Shown: positions 1 through 9,098 of the stretch, piece after piece | Numbering within the stretch: the stretch's first letter is position 1 | Layout of the letters: each line of letters begins with the position of its first letter | Source of the DNA: a virus | Virus record (IMG/VR): IMGVR_UViG_3300045988_163776 | Span: 128,001-155,695 of that record | Reading direction: 5' to 3' (one strand) | Length of the DNA: 27,695 nt | Made by a program: the position numbers and the translations under genes | The notes under the pieces: generated by a model | Seen by the model: only the letters and a program-made list of their open reading frames with translations | What the model was told of the DNA's origin: nothing | Database searches by the model: none

Positions 1-146
1 CAATGTTGTATTTTGCTATGAAGAAATAATTAGCAAGCTTGGTGAAGCTGGATATCGCATGGGTTGGGATTTTACTGATAAAGCCATTGATAATGGAACT
101 TGGTTTTTGTCAATCCATTGGGACTAATATAAAGGAGGGTTGCGCA

Positions 147-857
147 ATGGCAGTAGCAAAAAGCTTTAAAAATTTTGAAATGTTAAGTGAACCATTTGAG
201 AAAAATAATAAGATGTATGTTATTGTGCGAAACCCTAAAACCCAACATGAACGTACCGTAAGATGGTATACAAGTAAAGAGTATGCTAAGCTCTATCCAG
301 AAGAACAACCAATCACACAAGATTGGAAAAATTTAAAGAATTGTCTTGGTTTTAATAAAGGATATATTACAATATTTAAAAATGCAAGTTATGATGATGA
401 ATGGTGTAATATATCAAATGCGCGTTGGCATGAACGTTGGGGCTGGTATATTGCTTCTACAGAAGAAGTACCCGCAGACTGTCCTTTTGAATATGCTCCC
501 TTGTATTGGACTGATATCTCAAAAAGCGAAGGAGCGTTAAAACCAAAAGAGGAGATTGAACAAATTATTTTTTCAATATTTTATGATAATTCTCCATCTC
601 AATATTTAGGTAATATAGGAGATAGAATTGAGCTGGAAGCTGAAATTATAAGTATTGAGAAAGTAGAAACTGCATATGGGGTAAAAGCAAAATATACTCT
701 TTGTGATGAGAAAGGAAATATGCTAGAATGGTTTACTGGAGTAAGAAAAGACTGGTTTAGAGGTAATAAGAAGAATCTTCGAGGCACAGTAAAAGAATTA
801 AAAAGGAAATATGGAATTAACACAACAGTTTTAACAAGATGTTTAGAAAGGAGATGA
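147..857 (+). CDS. hypothetical early protein
   Basis: Long ORF ending TGA at 857. ATG at 147 is preceded by RBS AAAGGAGGG (about 132-140); the track start at 39 lacks an RBS. No recognisable motif. Confidence 0.6.
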   Translation: MAVAKSFKNFEMLSEPFEKNNKMYVIVRNPKTQHERTVRWYTSKEYAKLYPEEQPITQDWKNLKNCLGFNKGYITIFKNASYDDEWCNISNARWHERWGWYIASTEEVPADCPFEYAPLYWTDISKSEGALKPKEEIEQIIFSIFYDNSPSQYLGNIGDRIELEAEIISIEKVETAYGVKAKYTLCDEKGNMLEWFTGVRKDWFRGNKKNLRGTVKELKRKYGINTTVLTRCLERR

Positions 858-863
858 GGTAAT

Positions 864-1022
864 GTGATCGAAATAATTACATTTATAATTTGGATAATCA
901 TAGGCGTATCAAATTTTTTCTTTTGTCTTGCTGGCTTAGCGCCAACTTGGATAACATTTTGGAGCGCTTATGGTTGCGTAATTATTAGTTTACTCGAAAA
1001 ATATATTAATAATAAAAAATAA
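864..1022 (+). CDS. small hydrophobic (membrane) protein
   Basis: GTG start 6 nt after a GGAG/GAGG stretch. 52 aa and very hydrophobic (VIEIITFIIWIIIGVSNFFFCLAGLAPTWITFWSAYGCVIISLL...). Ends TAA at 1020-1022. Confidence 0.35.
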   Translation: MIEIITFIIWIIIGVSNFFFCLAGLAPTWITFWSAYGCVIISLLEKYINNKK

Positions 1023-1051
1023 TTGATATTTTATAAAAAATATTATATAAT
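1023..1051 (+). promoter_or_regulatory. sigma70-like promoter, conserved phage early promoter family
   Basis: TTGATA, 17 nt, TATAAT, followed by ATATATATAATAAAAGAAG. Member of a 13-copy family in this window. Confidence 0.7.
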
Positions 1052-1091
1052 ATATATATAATAAAAGAAGTTGAAAAGAGGTTGATTTAAA

Positions 1092-2735
1092 ATGTCATTG
1101 ATGAATATGATTAGTAAAGAGGAACAAGAGTTAATTTCAGCTTATAGAGAAGCTTATATAGGAAGTCATACAGAATCACTTTGTGATAATGAATATCTAT
1201 TAAGAGTATGGCAAGAAGAAAAATCTAAATTCCTTGCTAAAATTTTTAAAGATAGCCTAATTCTTAAAAAAGAAGTTGTAGTTAAGTTACCACATGAAAT
1301 GATCGCCGTAGAAATGGATGGAAAATTATGTTATTATCCTCGTAGAGATGGTTATGTGGATCCTGGAACTCCAAAAGGCTTTATAAGACAGCTAATGAAC
1401 TTAGTCGATGAATTATGTGAAAAAGATTGTATTGATTGGGCTTTAAGAAATGCCATGCGTAACATAAATGGAGATCTTTTAGCAGACAATAGATTTATTG
1501 ATAGATGGGATCCAGATCATAAAAGAAATTTTAAAGTGACTCATCCTTCAGATAAAAGAAAAAGTTTCACTATTTCTTATGGAATGAAATTAATGAAAGT
1601 ATATAATAAATTTGCTACTGCTTTTGGCATTGCAGGTTTTGATGAATATGCAGTCGTTCATTCTCAAATTTTAAATACGACTAATCTTAAAGGAACGCTA
1701 TGCTTGTCAATACATCCTTTAGATTATATGACAATGAGTGATAACAACTCAAATTGGACTTCTTGTATGTCTTGGGAAGGTGACGGCGAGTATAGACAAG
1801 GCACTGTAGAAATGATGAACTCTGATTGTATTGTTGTAGGTTACCTTGAGTCTTCAGCTCCTATGAATATATTAGGAGCAAAATGGAATAACAAAAAATA
1901 TCGTAGTTTATACTGCGTTAATGAAGATGTTATAGCCAATATAAAAGGTTACCCTTATAAAAGCTTAGAGATTGATAAAATAGTTATTGATTGGCTAAAA
2001 GAATTAGTTGAAGCCAATACAGATATCAAATATGAGAGTGATATTATAGATTTTAATAGTGACGAAAATGATTATTATTTAGATTTTCATACTCATATTA
2101 TGTATAATGACTGCTGGAATACAAAAGGCTGTAGAACATGTCATATAGGCTATGTAAGCAATTTAGCATCACATAATTGTTATGTTCATTATTCTGGACC
2201 TGATGAATGCATGTGTTGTGGAGCAGTTGGAGTTATGGAAGAGTGCAGTGAAAGTGATTTGGTTTGCGATTCCTGTGATGGCTATGAGTATTGCGATCAT
2301 TGTGGAGATAGATGCAACTTTGGTGAAACTCATCATATTGATGGATATTCTCTTTGCAGTTACTGCTATGATGAAGCTGTTGCGCAAGACTTCTTTGATG
2401 AAACAGAGCATTTAGAAAATAATATGGTACAAGCAAAAATTAATGTTGACGCTGAAAGCGGAATGTTCATTCGCTCACATTCTGTTTATAGTATTTTTAT
2501 TGATATAAAAAATATAGAAAAATTTATCTCTGTATGCCCTAAAATTTTTAAAGAAGAAAAAATGTCTTCTTATAAGATCTTTTCTGAAGAAAGTTTTTAT
2601 TATGAAGGGAAAATAATAGAGATTAACTGGAATGACCTTTCTGATTATGGTTGGAAATTTTTCTTTAAAGAAAATGATGCGATGATTGAATCAGTTAAAT
2701 TATTCTGTAAACGTTATGAAGAAGCTAAAATTTGA
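1092..2735 (+). CDS. Cys-rich zinc-ribbon protein, paralog family A (function unknown)
   Basis: 547 aa ORF with an RBS. Central motif LCLSIHPLDYMTMSDNNSNWTSC...GEYRQG...WNNKKYR is shared with the 5291-6667 product. C-terminal cluster of CxxC pairs (CMCCGAVG...CDSCDGYEYCDHCGDRC...CSYC) indicates zinc ribbons. Confidence 0.8.
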   Translation: MSLMNMISKEEQELISAYREAYIGSHTESLCDNEYLLRVWQEEKSKFLAKIFKDSLILKKEVVVKLPHEMIAVEMDGKLCYYPRRDGYVDPGTPKGFIRQLMNLVDELCEKDCIDWALRNAMRNINGDLLADNRFIDRWDPDHKRNFKVTHPSDKRKSFTISYGMKLMKVYNKFATAFGIAGFDEYAVVHSQILNTTNLKGTLCLSIHPLDYMTMSDNNSNWTSCMSWEGDGEYRQGTVEMMNSDCIVVGYLESSAPMNILGAKWNNKKYRSLYCVNEDVIANIKGYPYKSLEIDKIVIDWLKELVEANTDIKYESDIIDFNSDENDYYLDFHTHIMYNDCWNTKGCRTCHIGYVSNLASHNCYVHYSGPDECMCCGAVGVMEECSESDLVCDSCDGYEYCDHCGDRCNFGETHHIDGYSLCSYCYDEAVAQDFFDETEHLENNMVQAKINVDAESGMFIRSHSVYSIFIDIKNIEKFISVCPKIFKEEKMSSYKIFSEESFYYEGKIIEINWNDLSDYGWKFFFKENDAMIESVKLFCKRYEEAKI

Positions 2736-2760
2736 AAAAGTTAAAAAAATAATGTATAAT
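2732..2760 (+). promoter_or_regulatory. sigma70-like promoter (conserved family)
   Basis: TTGAAA, 17 nt (AAGTTAAAAAAATAATG), TATAAT. Confidence 0.65.
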
Positions 2761-2804
2761 AATTATAGAAAATAAATAATAAAGAAGAAAGGATGTTGAA
2801 AAAC

Positions 2805-3224
2805 ATGACTGAGAAGACAAAAAAGATAACAAAGAGAGACATTTATGAAGCAATTGCGCAGGCAATGGAAACTGGTGAAAGCACCATTGAGCCACAAGAA
2901 ATCATTAATTTCTGTCACAAGGAAATTGCAGCCCTTGACCGCAAAGCTGAAAAAGCAAGAGAAAATGCAGCGAAAAAACGTGAAGAGGGAGATGCTCTAC
3001 TAGAGCTTGTAAGAAATGCTCTTACAGACGAATATTCAATTATCGCTGATATTACGGCTCGTATTGAAAGTGATGAAGTCGAAGTAACAGTAGCCAAGGT
3101 TCAGTATAGACTTAATCAGCTAATCCAAATGGGTGAAGCTGAAAAGTCAGACGTTTCAGTCGGAGAAACTGGTTCAAAAAGAACTCTTAAAGGCTATCGA
3201 AAAATAGCAACTATTGAAGACTAA
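2805..3224 (+). CDS. hypothetical coiled-coil protein
   Basis: ORF 2793-3224. The ATG at 2805 has better spacing from RBS AAAGGA than the ATG at 2793. Charged, helical, K/E/A-rich. Ends TAA. Confidence 0.6.
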   Translation: MTEKTKKITKRDIYEAIAQAMETGESTIEPQEIINFCHKEIAALDRKAEKARENAAKKREEGDALLELVRNALTDEYSIIADITARIESDEVEVTVAKVQYRLNQLIQMGEAEKSDVSVGETGSKRTLKGYRKIATIED

Positions 3225-3235
3225 TTATTGTTTAA

Positions 3236-3270
3236 AAAGGAGTAGAAATTTTATCTACTCCTTTTTTTTC
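3236..3270 (+). terminator. rho-independent terminator
   Basis: GGAGTAGAAATTTTATCTACTCC hairpin followed by TTTTTTTTC. Confidence 0.8.
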
Positions 3271-3339
3271 TTTTATCTGCTCCGGCCGGATACGCACATA
3301 AACACCGCAAATCCAAAGAAAAATGGATTTAGAAAATTT

Positions 3340-3368
3340 TTGACAAAATTCTTAATTTATGGTATTAT
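3340..3368 (+). promoter_or_regulatory. sigma70 promoter
   Basis: TTGACA, 17 nt, TATTAT, directly upstream of the 3390 gene. Confidence 0.7.
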
Positions 3369-3389
3369 AAAAATGAAGGAGTGATAATA

Positions 3390-4193
3390 ATGAAATATTC
3401 ATTACCAAATAGAATATCATTACAATATTTAAAGCAAGCAGATGAAATAAAAATACAAAAATCTGATTGCGAGAAAACAATAGATTATATAGAAGATTAT
3501 CCAGAAGCAGAAATAGTATTATGTATAGAAGATCTAAAACAACAATTTTCAGGAAATGAAGAGGTCATTACGAATACATTGAAAATGTATAAAGAAGAAA
3601 GTAATAAAAAATTTAGTATAGAGCTAGAGCATTTAAATGAAGATGTTGCGTTATTAAAAAAATTGGAAATTCCTTTCTTCTGGAAATATCCAGTGACTAC
3701 TTTTGATGAATTGCAAGCTTTAAAGGAATTAGGAGTTTCACAAGTATTAATAGATGGTCCTCTCTTTTTTCAGATGAGAGAAGTAAAGAGATTTCATATT
3801 CCAATTAGAGTAATTCCAAATGTATGTTACGAGAACTATCTTCCAAGAGCAAATGGTTTGCATGGAACTTGGATGCGCCCGCAAGATCAAGATTTATATG
3901 ACCAATATGTTTCTATTTTAGAATTTAAAGAAAAAGATTTCACCAAATTAGAAGCCTTATTTGACATATATTCTAAAGATAAAACATATTTTGGAGATTT
4001 GAATACATTATTTACAAATTTTGGTTTTACTATTCCTATACTTGCGGCAGCAGTACCTCGAGATGTCATTAAGTCTAGATTAAACTGTGGTCAACGCTGT
4101 ACACAGAATCGTTGTCACTTATGTGAGCGAGGATTGTCTGTTGGTTTACAAGTGCAGACAAGTGAGTATATTAGAGTAAAAGAGCAAAATTGA
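3390..4193 (+). CDS. hypothetical protein
   Basis: ORF with RBS AAGGAG 9 nt upstream of ATG 3390 (a GTG at 3381 is also possible). C-terminal CGQRCTQNRCHLCERG Cys cluster. Ends TGA. Confidence 0.7.
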   Translation: MKYSLPNRISLQYLKQADEIKIQKSDCEKTIDYIEDYPEAEIVLCIEDLKQQFSGNEEVITNTLKMYKEESNKKFSIELEHLNEDVALLKKLEIPFFWKYPVTTFDELQALKELGVSQVLIDGPLFFQMREVKRFHIPIRVIPNVCYENYLPRANGLHGTWMRPQDQDLYDQYVSILEFKEKDFTKLEALFDIYSKDKTYFGDLNTLFTNFGFTIPILAAAVPRDVIKSRLNCGQRCTQNRCHLCERGLSVGLQVQTSEYIRVKEQN

Positions 4194-4218
4194 TTTTTTA
4201 TTAAAAATATTATATAAT
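4190..4218 (+). promoter_or_regulatory. sigma70-like promoter (conserved family)
   Basis: TTGATT, 17 nt, TATAAT. Confidence 0.65.
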
Positions 4219-4268
4219 TATTATAGAAAAAAATGAAAAAAATAATTATATAAGGGGTGTTTATAGAT

Positions 4269-5294
4269 ATGCTTACTTTTTCAGAACAGCAATTTAAAAC
4301 TTTTAAGCAAATTGCCCAGTTAAAACAATCTGGTTTGAAAAAGGTTTTAGTGTCTTTCTTAAGAAAACATTATAGCCAAAACCGAGTTTTTTACTCTGAG
4401 CATTATATTTATGCTATTGGAGATATTCCTATTGCATTAGTGGCGCATTTAGACACTGTTCATAAAAAAATTCCAAGTCAAATATTTTGGGACAGAGAAG
4501 AAGATGTGGTTTGGAGTCCCCAAGGGTTAGGGGCAGATGATAGGGCTGGAGTATATGCTATTATGCAGATTATTTCTTCTGGACTACGACCTCACATTAT
4601 TTTTACGACAGATGAAGAAATTGGTGGAATAGGAGCTATTTTATTATCTAAACGAACAAATCCTTTTGCAGATTTACGTTATATGATAGAGCTTGACCGC
4701 AGAGGTTTTACAGATTGTGTTTTTTATGATTGTAATAATAAAGATTTTGAAAAATATATAGAATCTTTTGGATTTGAGACAGATTGGGGCACCTATTCAG
4801 ATATCTGCGAATTAAGTCCAAGCTGGAAAATTGCAGGTGTAAATTTATCCATAGGATATTTTAATGAGCATTCTTTCGCAGAGTATTTAGAACCTAATAT
4901 ATTAATGAATACTATAAAAAAAGTTAAAGAGATGTTAAAAACACCTAAAGAAGATATTCCTGTGTTTAAATATATTCCTTATAAATCTTCTAAACCGGGT
5001 TTTGTTTACGACACAGATGAAAATTATAAAAAATTAGCTTTAGCTTATGGATATAATTTTTATGATGATGAGATAGGAATAATTTGTTCAGGTTGCCATG
5101 AAGCATTTTTTGAAGATGAAGTATTCCCAGTAAAAAGTGTTGATGGAACTACGAAATATTATTGTCCAGATTGTGTTACAGATAATATAGAATGGTGCAT
5201 TAGGTGTAATGAGCCTTTTGAAAAAGAAAATCCAGAAGATACTAATATATTATGCAAAGATTGTAGAAAAATTAAGGAGGCTTCTTCTAAATGA
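4269..5294 (+). CDS. M20/M28/M42-like metallopeptidase-fold protein with C-terminal zinc ribbon
   Basis: Motifs resemble zinc aminopeptidase families: ALVAHLDTVHKK, GLGADDRAGVYAIMQ, FTTDEEIGGIGA. C-terminus CSGCH...CPDC...CIRC...CKDC resembles the zinc ribbons of the flanking paralogs. ATG 4269 follows RBS AAGGGG. Confidence 0.55.
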   Translation: MLTFSEQQFKTFKQIAQLKQSGLKKVLVSFLRKHYSQNRVFYSEHYIYAIGDIPIALVAHLDTVHKKIPSQIFWDREEDVVWSPQGLGADDRAGVYAIMQIISSGLRPHIIFTTDEEIGGIGAILLSKRTNPFADLRYMIELDRRGFTDCVFYDCNNKDFEKYIESFGFETDWGTYSDICELSPSWKIAGVNLSIGYFNEHSFAEYLEPNILMNTIKKVKEMLKTPKEDIPVFKYIPYKSSKPGFVYDTDENYKKLALAYGYNFYDDEIGIICSGCHEAFFEDEVFPVKSVDGTTKYYCPDCVTDNIEWCIRCNEPFEKENPEDTNILCKDCRKIKEASSK

Positions 5295-6667
5295 GTTGTT
5301 TATTTACAATAGCAAAACAATTTGAACAGGTAATTGATTATTCTCAAGGATTTAAACCGGCACAATCAAAACAAGTTATAAAACAATGGTTTAAAGCTAA
5401 AAAACCTTTCATAAAAAAATTAGGTGGTTTTATATATGAATATCCAGAAACTATAACAACAGATTTATCAGATGCAGAAAAAAGAATGAAAATTAGTGAT
5501 TTTACTGACTGGGTAGAAAGAAAATATGGCTTATATGATTTATCTAATTTTATTACAGCAAATGAAAAAACTTTTTTTGAAAATGCAGTAGCAGAAGAAT
5601 ATAAATATAAAGGTATTATTATACCAAAAGGAATGAAATTATTAAAAGCTTTTAAATATTTTGAAGAGAATAAAGATATTTTAAACGATATTCAAAATGT
5701 GGCAAGTATGTCTATACAAGAAAATAAAATTTCTGGAAAACTATGTTTATCAGTGCATCCACTAGACTTTTTATCCAGTAGCGAGAATACTCTTAATTGG
5801 CGGTCTTGTCATGCCCTTGACGGAGAATATCGCGCGGGGAATTTAAGCTATATGCTTGATGGGAGTACAATAATTTGTTATTTAAAGACAGATGAAGAAG
5901 TAAAGCTTCCACGTTTCCCCTCAAGCGTACCTTGGAACAATAAAAAATGGCGTTGTTTATTATTCTTTTCAGAAAATAATAAAATGATGTTTGCGGGACG
6001 CCCTTATCCATTCGCTGCAAATGGACTTTTAAATAAAATAAGAGATATAGTTCAAGAATTAAAATTGATTGAAGTATTAAATCAACCTTATTGGAGAAAA
6101 CAATACCTTAGCGAATGGCGAAATGATTATGTTGATACTTTTAATTTTTCAGATGGGACACAAGTTAAATTAGAGAGTAGGTTTATTTTAGATTGTTATA
6201 GTGAACTAGTACGTCTGGAAGAAATAATAACAAATGGACAAGGAAGTTGTCATTATAACGATTTGCTATATTCTTCTTGTTATGTGCCTTATTATGTTCA
6301 AGTAGAGTCTGGAGATCATGTCCCAAAGTATAAAAACTATTTTAAAATTGGAGCTAGAACTTTATGCCTTAATTGCGGGAAGTATGAAATATCAGACCCA
6401 GATTCAATGCTATGTGAAGACTGTCTTGATTATTATGATTCAGAAGATTGCTTAGATGAAACATTCTGTTCTGAATGCGGAGCAATAGTTGAAGAGGGTG
6501 AAGGAGAGTTTGCTGCAACAGGGGAGTTTTTATGCCCTCATTGTATAGAAGAATATACCCAAAGATGCTATAAATGTAATGCACGATATTATCAAAATGA
6601 TATGTCTGTTGTTCGAGATGAAGATAATACTCATGTACATTGGATTTGTGCAAATTGTAAGGAATAG
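5291..6667 (+). CDS. Cys-rich zinc-ribbon protein, paralog family A (function unknown)
   Basis: 458 aa. ATG overlaps the previous stop (ATGA) and follows RBS AAGGAGG. Shares LCLSVHPLDFLSSSENTLNWRSCH...GEYRAGN...WNNKKWR with the 1092-2735 product, and a C-terminal CxxC-rich region. Terminates at TAG 6665-6667, with an in-frame TAA 11 codons downstream. Confidence 0.8.
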   Translation: MSCLFTIAKQFEQVIDYSQGFKPAQSKQVIKQWFKAKKPFIKKLGGFIYEYPETITTDLSDAEKRMKISDFTDWVERKYGLYDLSNFITANEKTFFENAVAEEYKYKGIIIPKGMKLLKAFKYFEENKDILNDIQNVASMSIQENKISGKLCLSVHPLDFLSSSENTLNWRSCHALDGEYRAGNLSYMLDGSTIICYLKTDEEVKLPRFPSSVPWNNKKWRCLLFFSENNKMMFAGRPYPFAANGLLNKIRDIVQELKLIEVLNQPYWRKQYLSEWRNDYVDTFNFSDGTQVKLESRFILDCYSELVRLEEIITNGQGSCHYNDLLYSSCYVPYYVQVESGDHVPKYKNYFKIGARTLCLNCGKYEISDPDSMLCEDCLDYYDSEDCLDETFCSECGAIVEEGEGEFAATGEFLCPHCIEEYTQRCYKCNARYYQNDMSVVRDEDNTHVHWICANCKE

Positions 6668-6689
6668 GAAGAAGAGGAGGAAGAATATT

Positions 6690-7001
6690 ATGGCGGCTAA
6701 AGGAACAGAAGCGAAAAATTTAGTTATTTCAAAAATTAAAGAAGCCTTTGGAGAAGATTATATTTTAACAGAAGGCAGTAAAGTCTATGTGTGGGCAGAA
6801 GATGGAGCTAATGGTAGAGTGCAAATAGCTATGACTTTAACTTGCCCAAAAGTAATGGTTGGCGAATGTGCATCAGTTGCAGTAGTTGGCAATCAGTTGG
6901 ATTTTGAAGCAGAATTGCCGCATGCACAAGTGGACTCTGCGCAAATAACTGAACAGGAAAAAAATAATATTGAAGAACTCATGAAACGTTTGAATCTATA
7001 A
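6690..7001 (+). CDS. hypothetical protein
   Basis: RBS GAGGAGG then ATG 6690. 103 aa. Ends TAA. Confidence 0.65.
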   Translation: MAAKGTEAKNLVISKIKEAFGEDYILTEGSKVYVWAEDGANGRVQIAMTLTCPKVMVGECASVAVVGNQLDFEAELPHAQVDSAQITEQEKNNIEELMKRLNL

Positions 7002-7039
7002 CACTATATTATTAAGAAATAAAATTTGTGGTCATTTTT

Positions 7040-7085
7040 GTTCTAAGAGAAAGTAATAATTTTTAAGAATATTACTTTCTCTTCT
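7040..7085 (+). terminator. long hairpin (putative terminator)
   Basis: AAGAGAAAGTAATA...TATTACTTTCTCTT, a 14-bp perfect inverted repeat downstream of the 6690 gene. Confidence 0.5.
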
Positions 7086-7100
7086 GGATAAAAATTATAT

Positions 7101-7129
7101 TTGAAAATTTAAAAAAAATATAATATAAT
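7101..7129 (+). promoter_or_regulatory. sigma70-like promoter (conserved family)
   Basis: TTGAAA, 17 nt, TATAAT, then ATATATGTAATAAAGATAAAAAAC. Confidence 0.65.
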
Positions 7130-7171
7130 ATATATGTAATAAAGATAAAAAACAAAAAAAATAAAAACTTT

Positions 7172-7200
7172 TTGATTTTTATAAAAATTTATTATATAAT
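7172..7200 (+). promoter_or_regulatory. sigma70-like promoter (conserved family)
   Basis: TTGATT, 17 nt, TATAAT, then ATATATGTAATAAAAAAG. Confidence 0.65.
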
Positions 7201-7249
7201 ATATATGTAATAAAAAAGAAAAGTTAATTTTTTAAATAAAAAATCTTAT

Positions 7250-7278
7250 TTGAAAAATTAAAAAAAATATTATATAAT
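7250..7278 (+). promoter_or_regulatory. sigma70-like promoter (conserved family) at the head of the tRNA array
   Basis: TTGAAA, AATTAAAAAAAATATTA, TATAAT. Confidence 0.7.
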
Positions 7279-7307
7279 ATATATATAATAAAGATAAAAA
7301 ATAAATA

Positions 7308-7380
7308 TCATCTTATGGTGCAAAAGGATAGCACACTGTTGTACAGCAGAGATAAAGGTTCGAATCCTTGAAAGATGATC
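7308..7380 (+). tRNA. tRNA-like gene, anticodon arm non-canonical
   Basis: Acceptor CATCTTA/AAAGATG. D-arm GTGC-AAAAGGATA-GCAC is nearly identical to the tRNA-Gln D-arm. T-arm AAGG-TTCGAAT-CCTT. The anticodon region CTGTTGTACAGCAG folds only with a 6-nt loop, so isotype is unresolved. Confidence 0.4.
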
Positions 7381-7384
7381 TATT

Positions 7385-7700
7385 TAGTAAAATGGTTTAT
7401 AATTTAAGTTTTCCGGAAAAACTTAGTACAATCATTGGATTTATATTATGAGTTCGAGTCTCATTAGCTTGCTACAGTAAAGGACGAATATAAAAACTTA
7501 AAATGTATTAGAGGTCAGCTCTGTGGTGAGAGTGAGTACTAAGATACAGGAGATTGGAAGTAAGCAATACACACCACTGAGCTTACTTTTGAGAGATATG
7601 AGATAGAACCTCCTCGTGGTTTCTCTCGGGCAATGCCTTAATAACTTTTGTTTATAGTTAATATGGTAGCAAATCTATCTTTACCCCTTTCCTTATAATA
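7385..7700 (+). ncRNA. uncharacterised structured non-coding region (several hairpins, tRNA T-arm-like fragment)
   Basis: No ORF. Hairpins AAGTTTTCCGGAAAAACTT, AAGTAAGC...GCTTACTT and GAGAG...CTCTC. Also an isolated ATGAG-TTCGAGT-CTCAT T-arm-like element without a matching acceptor stem. Confidence 0.3.
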
Positions 7701-7855
7701 CTTAAAAAAAAGACAGTATCAGCAAATGAAATGCGTTAAATTAGGGATTTAAAGTGCTTTTATAAAACTGTCTTGTAATATGGTTCTATGGTTTAAGAAA
7801 TTAAAGTACTGTTTTATCATAGTAGAGCTTAAATCTCATAGAACCACCATTATAT

Positions 7856-7928
7856 AGTGATGTAGTTCAGTTGGCAGAACACCTCTCTAATACGGAGGAA
7901 GTCATAGGTTCAAACCCTATTATCACTA
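7856..7928 (+). tRNA. tRNA with anticodon AAT by manual fold (Ile-type?)
   Basis: Good cloverleaf: acceptor AGTGATG/TATCACT, D-arm GTTC-AGTTGGCA-GAAC (same as the tRNA-Lys copy), anticodon stem CCTCT/GGAGG with loop CTAATAC, T-arm ATAGG-TTCAAAC-CCTAT. A34 is unusual for a bacterial-type tRNA. Confidence 0.55.
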
Positions 7929-8522
7929 TCTTGTGTCGTCGTCAGCGACTATAAATAACTGTGCAGGTTCCCGTGCGATAGCGGATGTGCAAGCTAATCC
8001 ACAAACATACTATCGCCTATATTCCTCTATAGCTCAGCTGGAGGAGCCAAATACATTGAATTGAGGGTATTAGTCCTCAATTCAATGTTCTAAAGGGATA
8101 GAGAATTTGACTTTTAATTAAGTTCTCTAGGTTCGAATTTTTATATCGACTTTTGCAATAAATCATTCGAGAGGAAGTGCGACTCGACATTACAGAGAAA
8201 TCTCAAACGTGATAAAAACGGCGTCTAAAGTCATGACAACAAACGCCATCTATAATGTGACGGATGGTATAAAGGTTGATTTGCTGTAAAAGTTGATATA
8301 GAGATTCTATTAGTTATTTATAAATTCTATTATGAAAAATACTAGTTCACCTTATATAAAATTTAAAGATTATAAGGCTTGAACAAAATAATTTTATATT
8401 TTATATAGCAGGCGGTAGGTGAAGTCATCTTTTCAGCCTCATAAGCTGAAGTAACCGGGAGCATTACCCGGGCCTGTTCCCATTAAACGTTCATTACTTA
8501 GAAGAAAGGGGAAGTGACAAAT

Positions 8523-9014
8523 ATGGCTAAAGAAATTGAAAGAAAATTTTTATTATCTCATCTTCCAAAAATCAAGGCGGATGAAATGTGGTATGTGGAA
8601 CAAGCATATATCTCAGTAGAGCCAGAAGTGAGAATACGAAACAAAAAACCTATGACAGGTTACTTCCCTGGGTCTTATTATAACAAATATTTAATGACAA
8701 TTAAAAGCGATGGTTCTTTAATAAGAGATGAAATTGAAACCCCTATTTATGAAAATTTTTATAATGAAACTATTGGTTTTATAAATAAAGAGCCAATTAA
8801 AAAGGAATACTTTGTTTATAATATAGATAATTTGCAATTGGAAGTATCAATAGTTGATAAAGAAACAGACTATAGTTTTATTTATGCAGAGGTTGAGTTT
8901 CAATCAGAAGAAGAAGCTAAAGCTTTTAAATTTCCTTTTCCAGAAATTCTTATTGAGGAAATTACTTATCAATCAGATTATAAAATGAAAAATTATTGGC
9001 TTAATAGCCGATAA
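8523..9014 (+). CDS. CYTH-domain (triphosphate tunnel metalloenzyme, CyaB/ThTPase-like) protein
   Basis: N-terminus MAKEIERKFLL matches the hallmark ExExK start of CYTH domains. 163 aa. RBS AAAGGGGAAG. Confidence 0.5.
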   Translation: MAKEIERKFLLSHLPKIKADEMWYVEQAYISVEPEVRIRNKKPMTGYFPGSYYNKYLMTIKSDGSLIRDEIETPIYENFYNETIGFINKEPIKKEYFVYNIDNLQLEVSIVDKETDYSFIYAEVEFQSEEEAKAFKFPFPEILIEEITYQSDYKMKNYWLNSR

Positions 9015-9035
9015 TTTTAAATCAAATATTTATAT

Positions 9036-9064
9036 TTGAAAAATTAAAAAAAATATTATATAAT
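9036..9064 (+). promoter_or_regulatory. sigma70-like promoter (conserved family)
   Basis: TTGAAA, AATTAAAAAAAATATTA, TATAAT, then ATATATGTAATAAAAAAGAAAGGAG. Confidence 0.7.
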
Positions 9065-9098
9065 ATATATGTAATAAAAAAGAAAGGAGTTATTGATT

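Noticed and set aside
39-146. N-terminal extension of the first ORF from 39
   Set aside because: No RBS. The ATG at 147 is preceded by AAAGGAGGG at ideal spacing.
346-540. Internal + strand ORFs overlapping larger genes in other frames (346-540, 2182-2415, 6579-6689)
   Set aside because: Embedded out-of-frame in longer, better-supported ORFs. No RBS.
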